Origin: Euprymna scolopes
Lineage: Eukaryota
Length of the DNA stretch: 64,000 nt
Strand: one strand, 5' to 3'
NCBI GenBank assembly: GCA_053919585.1
Contig: CM132786.1
The translations under genes and the position numbers were made by a program. Within the stretch, counting starts at the first letter, position 1. Each line of letters opens with the position of its first letter. Positions 38,571-52,269 of the stretch are shown piece by piece. A model generated the notes under the pieces. The model ran no database searches. It saw nothing but the letters and a program-made list of their open reading frames with translations, and had not been told where the DNA came from.

Positions 38571-38832
38571 CAAGATGGGCACTTTAGTGATCTCATGGGA
38601 ACCGGTCACCATCATCAGCATATTGTATGAATCCGAAAATTCTATAGCTCTTATTAGTTTCCTAAATATTTTATAGTCGGAATTCTTTCTAGAAAGACAT
38701 CATGTTCTACCGAGGGCGACTAGGTGGAGGTTGCCAACATCCTTAGTAATAATGATTTTGTGTAACGAAAAGGATTCGAACTTGAGACATTTATGTCGTC
38801 ATTCCGTGTCGTTAACCACTGACCACCCCCAT
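38571..38832 (-). ncRNA. tRNA-like head followed by a degenerate hammerhead-like motif
   Basis: A box TGGTCAGTGG, B box AGTTCGAATCC; ~150 nt downstream caatatg-CTGATGA-tgg..cca-t-GAGA-tcactaaagtg-CC-catcttg (stem I 6/7 pairs, two core substitutions). Confidence 0.35.
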
Positions 38833-41506
38833 GAAAACCGGTGTAACAACCTGATTATGCCGTATTTAGTCTTAAACAAACTATAGAATTTCCAGAGTAG
38901 TGTTTTTAACTGTTTTACTATGAAATGTTACTGTCTAGGAGAGACGAAGGGTTCAAATGTTCAAATATTTGAAAAAAAAATGATACTTATAAACCATTTT
39001 TATAATCTCAAAAAACGAAACTGCAACGCACATTTTTTACCATAAGAAAGACCTTTTCTTGGACAAAAACGGGAATGTTTATTCAATTGTTTTTTTTTGT
39101 TTTTTTTTACATTTAAGATTCATTCAAATATTATATTAATTGTATCATATCACTCTTTAAAACTTATATGTGAGCCATTCATGAAGTCTCCCGATATGCC
39201 TTATTATGGTAAGATTTGAATGCAATTAACCCTGTGAAAATGAAAGATAATTAAATAAAATTCCGATACAGACAAACGTATTATATCAATTAAAATGTTA
39301 TAAATTGAGGTGACGATAAAGAATGAGAATATGAAGTGAACCTCTACGTATTCAGTATTTAAATTTGATATGCATGAAAAGTGGGAGATTCAAGAACCGT
39401 ATAATCGGAAAATAATTGGCTTTTAAGACACAATAAACATGGCTTTAAATGGAGGTTTAACATTTATAACTAACTCTATTATCTGCCTCTGCATGAAATA
39501 TAGCAAAATAAAGAAGTATATAATTTCTATATAAAAGTTTAGGTTAACATTTATTACTATCTAAACGACCTACCACGTGTTAATATAAAAACGTATATAA
39601 CAAAGTCGTATAAATCCTGGAGGCATAGTAACGTAAGACGAAATAAGCATTCCAGTTTACCTGTTAGTTAATCTCTTTGTCATATGAAATCCTATCACTA
39701 TTATCGACGAATGCTTACAGCAGATTAAGTATTACATTTTTATATGTTAAATACGTTGATTAAAACACATTTTCTTGAATTTATAGCAGAGTCCCCAGAT
39801 TTTCCACTAGTTTTTCTGAAGGAAGGTCCATTTTAGGCGTTTCCTTTTCACCAATTGCACTTACATCGACTCTCATTATGTTCGAAGGTAATTGTCGATA
39901 ACACTGTATATCAGGGATTATAGTCACTCTACCTTAAATCGCCTTGAAAATATATATTTCTGAAAGGTTAAGCAATATTGCAAGAGATAGGCAATAAACA
40001 TTTCCCTGTCTCACAGGAATCTATCAGCGTTTTCGTTGTCAACCGCCACTACAATGCTAATTACGCAAGTGAATAATGGCTGAAAAAAAGACAAAATGTT
40101 TATGCCAGGCACCAGCTCCTTTTGCACGGACTTGAGGATATGAGCAATGATAATTTATTTCCCTCTCTTATATTATTCACTCATAGATTGCTTGTAAAAT
40201 TGCTGTTCGAAATGATGGGATTGGCTATTTATCTTTTACGTCGTATGCAAGATGACTGGGCCTAAATTAGTGTCTGCCATTTCTGAATGACACATTGATG
40301 GCCATATCTCACATAGAACAATATTGACCCTGAATAAAGATAAGAATATTTACTATAATAATACTTAATCCATATCCTGATGACCTGCCTGTGGTCATAC
40401 AAGGAAATAATACCTATTTAGCTCATATATGAAATGTGACAACCGATTTATCAGATTCCACGAGTTGATAGATCATTCTAGTTTCATCTATTTCAAAAAG
40501 CATATCATAAAAATTACGCTAAACTTCCCGAAATCCTACCCCCCCATTTAAGCCTAACACTGCAGCAGGGCATCACTTCCAGTATAGTATATATCCATCT
40601 GATTTAATTTTAAGATTTTATAAAATGTAAACTTTCCATTAAATTTGAGAGAATTAAACCAGAGACAGAATTTATGGGATCATCTCATAGTGAAGAGAAC
40701 AATGCCGGGAGGAGACATCATTCTGCAACTACGACTTTTCGTTTTCCAGTAAGCGAGTGTATGAAGTAATACTTATATGTCTTTTTATTTCGTTTAGTAT
40801 GCCGTCAGAGAAATTAAATAATAACAGAAAACATAAAATAAAGCTTAGTTTCACTATAATTTCAAGATCGTTCCTTCGTGAGCGGCCAGTATGACAATTT
40901 GCTTTGAAAGATAATAAACATTTATGCAAATATGACTGCGCATGTAATTGTGACACACAACCAAACCTCTCGTGAACCGACAGGAAATCCCTTTCATATA
41001 ATATTAATATATTTTACATTCGAGTCTAATATAGCTATTTTTATCTCGCTTTTCTATACTCTCAGTAAAAATTAAGTATTTATCTTCCGGTGATTTCCGG
41101 CAGAGTGTTGAAAAATACCCGTCTTGTTAGGAATAATTGTTATCTATATTATCCTTGCGTAACATGATGCTTTTTAAACTAATATAAAAGAGACTCATGC
41201 TTTGTACCATATATATCTGGACATCAAACAGGCTACGCTGTTGTATTTTTTTAAAATTATATTACATTAATTATTATAGCGTATCTAAAACAATATCACT
41301 TATCATCTAAATTAATTTAAGAAAACATTGTGTTTATATTATTAACCTATTGTCAGAACATCGAAATTATGTTGCAAAAAACAATTTCTAACAATCCAAA
41401 CACAATGTGTATTTATTCGTTCTTTTACATTTGTTTCTACTGGTTTAGTAGTGATTTTATTTTATAATGTAAGTTGTCGCCGTCTCGTAGTGATTTTCTA
41501 TATATC

Positions 41507-42078
41507 CAGCGTGTAACAGAAATATCTCCCTCATTTTAAGCTCTCAACTATATGTTGTTAAGGAACTCATGCAGGTTTCTGTGATGTTTTAAATTAACTA
41601 ATAACTCGGCACATTTTCAGGTTTCTTAATCAAGCAATATGCTTTATATTTAGTGCACATCGTCCGTTTATTGTAGAAATGTTTTTGAAGAATCCTGAAT
41701 CTGTAACTGCAACACAGAAACTTTTCAAGTTCATAAAAACGTAGGTACAGCAAGATGCTGTTCCAGATAGAAAATCAATAAAGCTGTGGCTGTAACATTT
41801 CAGACTTGCAGGTTCGGCACTTTCAAAAAGGCCAGCTGAAAGGCCTTGTGGCGCTCGAACGCCAGACAACATTCGAGCTGTGCGACTTTGTGTTAATCAC
41901 TCTCCTACGCGTTCAGATCACAAACATGGCCTTAGGATTGTCTGAGCGTACAGTCAGAAGAATTATAATCACTGATATGCTGCTCAATCCATACGATTTA
42001 ATAATTTCTCAGAAACTGCATGAGGACGACTGGGAACACCGCATGTCAACATGTGGTAGATATTTCTGCCGCGCCCTG
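41507..42078 (+). mobile_element. Internally deleted Tc1/mariner element retaining the N-terminal HTH (DUF4817-like)
   Basis: TIRs cagcgtgtaacagaaatatct / agatatttctgccgcgccctg|TA; frame HRPFIVEMFLKNPESVTATQK...VPDRKSIKLW...RTPDNIRAVR...SPTRS...LGLSERTVRRII; no DDD domain. Confidence 0.8.
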
Positions 42079-42079
42079 T

Positions 42080-42158
<79 letters not shown>

Positions 42159-43737
42159 AGTCTTCGCAAATTGAGTAACCCCATTTGGAACTACGTTAGC
42201 TCATTGCTACACATCTGGAGGAACTTTCTTCTTTTTATATCTTATTACATCATCCACTCCGCCGTTCATAGCCTATTTGAGGTAACAAAGCAGATTTGAC
42301 TGCTATAGTAACCAATGGCAAATCAGAAAAAAAAACGCCTCTCCGTTGCTTATAGATTCTGGAAACTTTTGAACACCAGTAATTATATTAAAGCTTTTAA
42401 TTTCCAGAATGAAAATTGAACATTCCTTTTTTTTCAAAATATGGTTGGGAATGTGATGTGCAATGTAGAACTTGTTTGAAATTTGGTCGCAGAATGAGTG
42501 AACTGTGAAGACTTAATGCCGTCCTAAATGAGTAAAATGGACACTTAAACATATATTAAAATACCGTAGTGTTTCAATGGTATATTCTTTTTCTAATCAT
42601 GATGTTACGATCCGAGCAAATGCGCGCATTTAATTAGAAATAATTAATAATGTAAATATCATGTTGTTAATGCAAGATTCGATATAATAAGAGTAAGTGG
42701 CCAACTAAATATTTTTACATGTGTAAAGAATGAAACATTTTCTAAGTGTTCTTGCTTTTTTTAAAGGTTGCTAAAATGCCGTTTGGTACTATGCGAGGAC
42801 CTATTCAGGGATATCACGCCAACAGGGATTCACTGGTTTTTATTTGATATTTAGTATATGAGGTATGAGTCCTACATAATCCCAGTGACCAACTTATCCA
42901 CGTCTTTCTTTCCCTCTTTGAGAATGGGTTAATTTATTAATATCGACTGACAAAGCAATGTTGACTGGGTTACTCAGACAATTTTGAAGTGGCGAGAGAT
43001 TGCCTTTATAACAAGTTCTGGTTTATCATTTCCAACAGCTGGCCTTGTGTCACATTATATTTATTTTTGAAGTAAATAAATATCCGAATCTCGAAAAAGC
43101 GTTAACTTGCATTTCATGTTAGTTTTCTATATTTCTGATATTTTATGAAAATATTCGTGCAATTTCTCCCGGGCAGTTAGAATGGGATTATGGATGCAAA
43201 TGTAGTCGTTCAAACGGTGAGGATACAAATTTAATCTCTCTCCAACGAATAAACGATGCGTGCAAGCATGTTATTAAAAACAGCGGTTTCTTGAACTAGC
43301 ATTTAATAAAGAACTATTAAAATTTTCCCTATCATCACGCATTCAACGATTATAATAGAATTAACTCAGGTATTATAAACTATATTTTGTTTAATTCTTT
43401 CCCGATTTTAGTGTTATCCTTCTTTTTGGCAATACGGTTTCTTAACGAGATTGAATTTGAGATTTTAATGACCAGATCTTAAGCTCTAGTTGTTACGATT
43501 TTAAGCAAACGCGTTTAAATATCACAATGGTGTAAGAATTAAGCACTACTTTACATTGGCGTAGTGTTAAAAAAATAGGACGTCATTACTTAACCTNNNN
43601 NNNNNNNNNNNNNNNNNNNNNNNNNNNNNNNNNNNNNNNNNNNNNNNNNNNNNNNNNNNNNNNNNNNNNNNNNNNNNNNNNNNNNNNNNNNNNNNNNNNN
43701 NNNNNNNNNNNNNNNNNNNNNNNNNNNNNNNNNNNNN

Positions 43738-43977
43738 AACCCTTTTCAGGTTATTTAATGTCGAATCCGGTGATTTTGAAGAAAATTTTTTTAATAGAAC
43801 ATATTTGTTTTTTGCGTGTCAGTTTCTATTTAACCCATAGTTGGGACCCTAACAGGTACTACCGCTCCGGGTCAGAGTGGACCGTGGAGCAATGGCAATT
43901 AAAGGGTGTCTCCACACTCCCCAAAACCCGCAAGCTGGGGCCTCACCATCGGATATAGTTTAAGGTCATATTAAGGA

Positions 43978-43980
<3 letters not shown>
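43738..43980 (-). mobile_element. SINE-like family copy E, partial (runs into gap)
   Basis: Aligns to copy A. Confidence 0.85.
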
Positions 43981-44010
<30 letters not shown>

Positions 44011-44114
44011 CTACTTCATTTACTCACGTAAAATTAATATACGAAGTATAAATTTATGCGTAAACTTTAAGTATTTATTTCAAAAGTGCTCAATATGTAG
44101 GTAGAGCTAGTTAG

Positions 44115-44226
44115 TAAGTTATAACATATTCCGCGTTTTATCCACTCTAGGAGTCTTCAGAGTAGTCCTAGAGTGGATGAAACGCGGTATTCAGTGTAGC
44201 TTAATCGCCATATATATTTTATAACT

Positions 44227-44228
<2 letters not shown>
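44115..44228. repeat. Inverted repeat built from two head-to-head hammerhead-like halves
   Basis: 22-bp arms 44131-44152 / 44166-44187 (one mismatch), 13-nt spacer; outer arms taagttataa/ttataactta. Confidence 0.7.
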
Positions 44229-44278
<50 letters not shown>

Positions 44279-44356
44279 GCACGAAGGGTTTTAAATTGTA
44301 CAAAATAGAAACTTAGAGAATACCCTTGTTAAATCATGTGTGATCCGATTATTTGC

Positions 44357-44570
44357 GGGGAGAGTTACTTGATTTGTCCTGGGGACGTTTCTGAAACAGT
44401 TGTTATGTCCTACCAGATCCCCGAGGGGTAATAAACGATAAGCACATCCTTTACATCAAGGGGATCAATATAGCGTCGATTATAACCAACTGGAATGGGT
44501 CTGGTCGTCGTCTAGTCTTTCTGCAGCTTTATGAGCAGTGTTTTCGTTGTCGGCATTAAATGGCATGGAC
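44357..44570 (+). repeat. Unclassified dispersed repeat; inverted partner at 48438-48632
   Basis: Collinear shared motifs ggggagagttact, aataaacgata, ctggaatgggtc, atggcatg. Confidence 0.6.
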
Positions 44571-46074
44571 CGTTCACTGAAATAGGACGCTTTATATAAT
44601 ATAGGGAAAAAGAATTTTTTTTTATAAAAATAAAAAATAAAAATGTTTCTTTATTAGCATGTTATACAGGTGGAGCATATTTAAATGTAGTTATTGTAGA
44701 CCTGCCTCCGTCACGGACAGTGCAAATTGCTATGAGCGTCTGTCACGCACAGAATCCAGGCTTCGACTATATGAGACAATTCAATTATAATTCAGTTCTC
44801 CCCCCTTTCTTCATTGAAATAAAGAGAAAAGGAGTGAAAGAGAAAGAGAGAGATATATACATTTATACATAGCATTTGAACATTGTTTAGATTTGGCACA
44901 CATCGATTACGATTTTTAGTGGTTTGGCGTCTCAATTCGTTTTGACTTTGTTAAATATTATAAACAATTGTCAATCTTGGCTCGAATCATACATGATTGA
45001 TAACAGATACTAAACCGTCATGTTTTTTTTTTAATAATAGCCCTGTTCTTTCTCACTTCCTCACGATCACAGTAATGCACAAGTTATGTATAAGTTTTAT
45101 TAATGTGAACAACCAGTCTCCCCAAAAAGGGAGCTTCTTCATTATTGCACAGACAGACTATAAAAAAATATTCACAGCCCAAGAATATTTTGATATAAAG
45201 TGTTTTGATGTAGCTCTTACTAAAGAGGAAATAGTTAGATAATAAAAACATTTAGTATAAAAAATATAAAAATATGTTTATGGGTTGAGTCTAAAAACAA
45301 TATATTTCTATAACCTAATGACATGGAATATCTGAGGATAAGAGCGTACTGAAGAGGAAACATTATGTAGCAAATACTGTTTGTNNNNNNNNNNNNNNNN
45401 NNNNNNNNNNNNNNNNNNNNNNNNNNNNNNNNNNNNNNNNNNNNNNNNNNNNNNNNNNNNNNNNNNNNNNNNNNNNNNNNNNNNNNNNNNNNNNNNNNNN
45501 NNNNNNNNNNNNNNNNNNNNNNNNNNNNNNNNNNNNNNNNNNNNNNNNNNNNNNNNNNNNNNNNNNNNNNNNNNNNNNNNNNNNNNNNNNNNNNNNNNNN
45601 TTTAATTTTCAGTCAATTTAAAGTTTTGCTGCATTTGCCTAGAATATAACAAAATATATTTAGAACTATGTATATTATTTCTGTTAGTATTATATAATTT
45701 CTAGAAACTATATTGAATATACTTACACAAAAAAATCGAAAAAATGCAACTATAAGCACATGGAAATTTTAGACAATAACTGGACAGTAATACTACATAA
45801 TCTCTTGCAATAGATTTAATATACATTGAGGGTATGATAACATACAGTCAGAAGATTCTAATTATAGACACTGCCGACAAAAACTTACGAATCAAATAAA
45901 TCCACGTTCTGCTAGCAATCAATCAGAACCCGAGTTGTGCCATTAAAATATAAAACTTTTGCGTATTCCAATTTTGTTCGTGTTAATGTGAGAATGTTCT
46001 TTTGTTCTTTGCCTGCAAAATTATAAAGTCCGGCACCTGTACAGAACAATCACCCACTAATTCTTTTTTTTTAT

Positions 46075-46460
46075 CTCCAAGACTTGTACAAAAGAGCTAC
46101 TCATCGAAAACTCTTCCAAAATTAAACATGGCTTCCAATTCAAAATAAGGTGAATTGCATCTGGAGTGAGACATCTTCTGGAGCGGTAGAGTAATCTAAC
46201 ATTTACTTGGCGACCGTGGCAACGTATTTCTTGTAAGTATTCCATTTCAGAACATGAGTGAATGCCAGCTCCAAAATCTTATTAAATCAGGGTTTTTTTC
46301 AAGACACGAGCCGTTGATTTTGGATGTAGATAAGTGTGGATCATGGCGCCTGTTATGAAAATATAAAAGTTTGGTTTAGACTGCATTAAGCGTAACTAGC
46401 CACCTACCCCTACTGCACCACATGCGTAAAGTTTGACAAAGACAATCAAAGCATAACAGT
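46075..46460 (-). mobile_element. Highly decayed CR1-clade LINE fragment
   Basis: LYRSRRCLTPDAI matches FYRSSRYLTADAI of the other copies. Confidence 0.6.
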
Positions 46461-47122
46461 TATTGCCAGCCTACGAATGTTGCCAAAGATGGTAGAGTAT
46501 TCTCTATTCATATATGGTTTTATATGCTGACTAAAATATCACAGAATACTTCTTTAGAACAACTAAATCCATTATTATTCTTAATATTATTTNNNNNNNN
46601 NNNNNNNNNNNNNNNNNNNNNNNNNNNNNNNNNNNNNNNNNNNNNNNNNNNNNNNNNNNNNNNNNNNNNNNNNNNNNNNNNNNNNNNNNNNNNNNNNNNN
46701 NNNNNNNNNNNNNNNNNNNNNNNNNNNNNNNNNNNNNNNNNNNNNNNNNNATTTCTTCTTATTATTATGATTAAACATTCAACATATTGATGGAGGACAA
46801 AATGGGGTCTATTTTTGAAGAATGTGATATGAATGCAAGAGCTGCCTTGTTTTAAAATACGTACAATAGCAACATGGTAAAGAGCAGATAATCCCTGTTT
46901 TCTATTTCACAATTTAAGTTAAAGTTTCTTCTGTATTTTGTAGGCTATAGAATTGGATTATTTCTAATTCTGAATTTTCTAGTAAGTCGGCTTAAGAAAG
47001 TGCTTAACTTAGTTAGCGTAGGGAATTAAATGGCGTCCTATTTTATTCATATGCTTAATCATTTAAAAAAATATTTAATATATTTATATATGTATCTATG
47101 CATATAATATTCATTGATTTGA

Positions 47123-47186
<64 letters not shown>

Positions 47187-47730
47187 GCGTTCTAATGGTG
47201 AAGGTTCCCATGTTTTAGCTCCAGAAGTTGAAGGGTAAGAAGACGAGAGCGGTACAATTTGAACCTTTTGTGCCCATAATTTTTCCACATAGAAATCACC
47301 ATTCTTAATGGATATTTGTCAGTAACTCATTGATGAGCCTCCGCTTCTGACGCACTTCTATGATAAGCTTTTATATTTAACACTGCCGCACACTGTCAAT
47401 ATCTGCCACAGACTGATGAAGCATTCATACTATTCATGCGAAATAAAAATTAAAAGGCATTCCTTTTGGAACGCTCCTAGTATATGTATATATTATATTA
47501 TTTTATATTATATTATATTATAATGCTTCATTAATCTACACGAAAACCATATAAGGAATATGATGTCCTATGTATTAGTTTAAAGTATTTATTTCAACAG
47601 TGATAAATAGGTGAGCAGGGCTAAGCTGTGATTGACGAAAGCTTACATTCTGGGGCCAGCGGATGCGACATAGCATACGTCTGGTTTCAACTGTTCCTTA
47701 TAAAAGTATGCTCCTCATTGTTAAATATTA

Positions 47731-47778
<48 letters not shown>

Positions 47779-49399
47779 GATACGTAGGCACAAAAAATGC
47801 CAACATCCGAGCGTTTACCAGCTCATAGGTCGGCCATTGGTGAACATTCATTACAATGCCAAATTTGCACTGACGGATACACGGATGAAACTTTCTCGGT
47901 TTTATAAAGAGCACGCTCTATAATTCACTCAAAATTCTCGAGGCTGTATCCATTAATTTGTGCCAACCATCTCTGTGTAAGCAAAAAGAGTATACCCATA
48001 ATTTAGAACTTAGGGGTATTCGCTTAGATTGTTTCTCTGTTTTCCTTCTATTCCCTGTGTGATTTCGTTTTTTTTTTAACCCTTACTCTTAATTTATCGT
48101 TTTTTGACCACGTTTTTAAACGATGTTTTCTCCCCCAGATGCCCCGATTCAATCTTGAAAAGACTTGGCTGACAGACCTCTCGATGATGTTTTCTTGCCC
48201 CACCACTTATTTCTCCCTTTTATCTAATTTATGCTTAGGAGAAATATACTTTAGAAGTGTATTTTGGTCTTCTTTTTTAAGGTTTCTTTTTAATGAGTTA
48301 CGTTTAAAATATAGAAAAATAAACCCAAAAAACCTAAACCCTCAGCAATTTAGTATGACACTACCTTCGGTGTTCTTCAAAAATATATATTTATAAAATG
48401 AATTTCTTCGCTATTTTTGTATACGCGTTAAATTTCAGCATGCCATGAATATCGACGATGGAAAGATGCCTGTAACGACGCAAAGAAGAGGCGACCCATT
48501 CCAGCCAGTTACAGCCGACGACATATCGACCCGTTGCGTTGATAGTTACGTGTGCCTATCGTTGGATATCGTTTATTCGCCGGGAGAGCTGGTTGTGTTC
48601 TCAGAACGTTTTTAAACGAGTAACTCTCCCCGGGAAGCGATAGTATCATGATATATTTAAGTAGTATTTTCAAATCAAATTAATTTTTTATGATATCTTA
48701 TTTAATAGATTGTTAGGTGAACGTATATATTTGTTATAAAGCACCTTCTTTTTCCATGATTTGAATGGCTTTCTAAATAATATTATTTCAGCTTGTTTCG
48801 ATAAGCACTTAAGTACCAGTAATATAGTGTAAACATTTCCATATACCCATAAAACTTCTTGCCTTACCTAAATTTTTATTTGATATCTATTTTCAGTAAA
48901 CCGGAACACCTATAAAAATGGTCAATTAAAATTTTTGGGTTGCAGGAATTTACCTCTTTATGGAATAAAACTAACTTCCTTCACTTTTTTCAAAGGCATT
49001 TAAACTTAAATGATTCTTATTTAAAATTTTAGTTTCAACTATTTTAATTATAAAAGTTGTAAATGAGTGAACAAAAATAGTTTTTTTTATAAATTTAATG
49101 ATAAAATGACATTATATAGATAGATTTTTCAACCTATTAATATCTGGATTTCGATTATTGTTTTATGTAAATTTAAATGTGCAAATTGAATAAATGAATT
49201 CAAATACGCATCTTTTTTTCTGATAAGAGTTGCTTTCTTAGACGCCAACATTATAAATATCAGCAACAGATAGTGGAACTTTCGGGTCATAAATGCATGA
49301 GTTCTGTCATCATAAAAACACAATCTGCAATTATAACACGACTGGAGCGTGACACGTCTTGGTATGCTACTCTTATGAGTGACGAGGCCGTAGAATCAA

Positions 49400-49963
49400 A
49401 CGCAGAGCCAGTAACACCCGGTTTAAAATTCTAACAGTTATTACATGTAGTCGTGCTCGTATAAAGTAACTGTTCTAACTTGTCGATTATAAAAGTTGTA
49501 ATGTTTTTGAGACTCATGGTGTGACAATAAAATAGTATCGCCGTACGTGCCGTTATCAGCAGAAGATTCTTGTTCAACAGGTTGATGTGCCGTTATTCTC
49601 TGGGAGAGTGTAAAGAGAAATAAAACAAATTAAAACAACACCGCATTGTCTTGCTTTTGTAAGCAACAATGACAGGACCGTTAAATTAAACGGAGAGCCA
49701 GGCATTCTCGATTATAACAGTTCGAACAGTTAATACATGTAGGCTTGCTCGTATAGAATAACTGTTCTAACTTGTCGATTATAAAAGTTCGAATGATTTT
49801 GAGACTCCATGACGTGAAAATAAAATAGTGTCGCCGTATGTACCGTTATAAGCAGAATATCCTCGTTCAACGGGTTGATGTGCCCTTATTCTCCGTGAGA
49901 GTGTAAAGAGAATGAAAACAAATCAAAACTACACCGCGTTGTCTTGCTTCTGTAAGCAACAAT
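49400..49963 (+). repeat. ~290-bp tandem duplication
   Basis: 49429-49670 and 49721-49963 are collinear (taactgttctaacttgtcgattataaaagtt ... ttgtcttgctt.tgtaagcaacaat). Confidence 0.9.
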
Positions 49964-50495
49964 AAGGGGGAAAAGGGATGGTACGAGCCCTTAATTGGTA
50001 TTCGAACATATATGTTTAAAAACAATATCGGTCGTACATTTTAGGTCCGTAAAACAAAACAACAATAGATAACAAAAATGTATTTAATTAATGAAAAGAG
50101 AAACCGAATAAATGTAACAACGTTTTCGTTCAACACGCCTAGTGACTCACACCACTATTTTCTCTTTTTATCGTTTTCCCGTTTCCTCAGCTATTCATAA
50201 CTTTTTCTGTAGCAGTCGTCACTGTTGTGTAGACATGGAAAGAGTGTCCACTCCCACACGGTGTAAAGAATTCTAGTTAAAACTAAGTCATTTATTCGTT
50301 TTTCTTTGGAGTTTCTATCGTCCGGATCGACGAATCGTATCTTTCTAATGTTCGCTTTCAATGCTAGAGATATATATTTGCTGCTTCCAGTTAGCAACGA
50401 CCGTATCAATCCTAGTTTTTTTGAGTGGCTATTTCTCCGACATATTTCACAGATTTCTAAAATATCTTGAGGACTATTTTATATGTACATCTTTA

Positions 50496-51168
50496 GGAAG
50501 CTTTACGCTAAGCGTTCTGATACCCATCTGGCATCGGTTGAAATGAATGGCTCTTGTCTTGTCTCAAGTTTTGACAAGCTTCTAAGCTTGACCTTTACTC
50601 CTGATCATAAATGGGACAGGTACATCAAATCTGTTGCCAAGGCCGCTGGAAAAATGGTGAGATCCTTCTATCGATCAAGTAGATATCTCATTGCTGATGC
50701 AATTCTCTATCTATATAAGAGCCAGGTACGTCCAAGAATGGAATACTGTTGCCACATCTGGGCAGGGGCTGCTAGAAAAGACTTGTCCTGCCTTGATAGA
50801 GTTCAAAATAGACTTCGTAGCCAAACTTTCACAAAAAAAACACTCGTCTAGCTGAAAACACTATCAATAATTCCCCCCACTCGTAATCTGGTCCTAAACA
50901 TAAACGTAGTTTCCATGAAGAAAGCTTCTTTCTTAGAACTGCACGCCTGTGGAATTGTCTCCCGGTTTCCTGATTTCCAGCTGACTACAATATGGGTTTC
51001 TTCAAGTCTAACGTAAACAAAGTTTTGATGAGCCGTTCCACTTGTTAACAAATTTACCGAATTTCCTTTACTAACGATTACTATATTGTCCAATTTCTAC
51101 AGTACAACCTTTAACCCTTATCCTCGAGTGGCCTCTTAGCCTTGATAAATGATTATGCCTATGTAAAA
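50496..51168 (+). mobile_element. CR1-clade LINE 3' fragment with internal deletion
   Basis: FDKLLSLTFTPDHKW...LYKSQVRPRMEYCCHIWAG...RVQNRLRS, then a jump at ~50821 to the late C-terminus and 3' UTR. Confidence 0.9.
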
Positions 51169-52269
51169 AGAAACAAAAAAACAACTAAACTTACTAAATA
51201 AATGTTCTATGTCTGACAGACTAACACGGCTATGCAGTGCAATTTAAACTAATGTTAGTGGTTGGGTTGATGTCATGTGATTTTCTTTTATTTACCGATC
51301 ATTACTTGCCACATCGATTCTTGCTTGAAGATGATTTGTCAACTGTCTATGCCAAATTAGTTTCAATATATCATGCATTCCACGGGCAATTGTCTTCTTA
51401 TGCCCCGGTTTTTAACCAAAGTCAAACGGGGTCAACATCTTGGTTATCTTTTTTGCCATCAATCGAAATCTTAAAACTAATTTAAATTTCCTCTTCGTTT
51501 TTAAACCAATCTTAACCAAAACAAATAATTGTCTTCCATTTTTCGCTTGGTCGTAGCGTTAAATCTATATTTAACCAACACACATATACATTCACCCTGT
51601 TATCCACAAGTGGATGCATAGTTAATGTAATCAGGGCCCGTAGCGTCGGATCTAGTAGTACCTCTGCTTTGTTTAGAAGTTAGGTACACCGATGACGTAC
51701 GCAATAAGCTTATCTGAGAATTTCACTGTAGTTATATTACATTCATTCAGGCATAGTAAAAATAGAAAACATTACTTTTTGAACATCTCTCGTATTTAAC
51801 TTATCAATTTCTCTTCGTTATACACATATATATGTGTGTATTATTTACATTGTTTAGGTTATTTCTCTTGTAATGTGAGCGGTCTTGCTTTTTTAGACCG
51901 ATATTGCCTAAGAATTCGGTAGTGTCGTATAAGATCTATCAGACTTTCTGTCGGACTTAATAAGTCTGAGCGGGATTTTGCTGGGAAATATTCTTAAATT
52001 AAAATAACGGTTCCGTAAAGGATTCTATATTGGCTTTCAGTTTCGTTTGGGCTTTAAGATTTTCACAGGATTTTCTTGTAGCAAAAATGTGCCTAGAATT
52101 ACATCTTTCTGGACATTGTAGAGGGAAGCGCTTGATAGTAGGACTGTAGTTCAAATTGTCCAAACAATAATAATTATTCTTATCTTCCAAATATTACACT
52201 TAGTTTTTCTTTTTCTTAACTTTTTCTTCTTTTTCTTAATATTTTCTTCTGTTTTTCTTAACTTTTTCT

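Noticed and set aside
44706-44778. tRNA-Asp-like anticodon arm (gcgtctgtcacgc) and weak B box
   Set aside because: No cloverleaf can be formed; at most a decayed tRNA-derived fragment
45332-45370. CTGAAGA-G-GAAACATTATGTA hammerhead-like string
   Set aside because: No stem II or stem I
47413-47460. CTGATGA-agcat...atgc-GAAA
   Set aside because: No stem III, cleavage triplet or stem I
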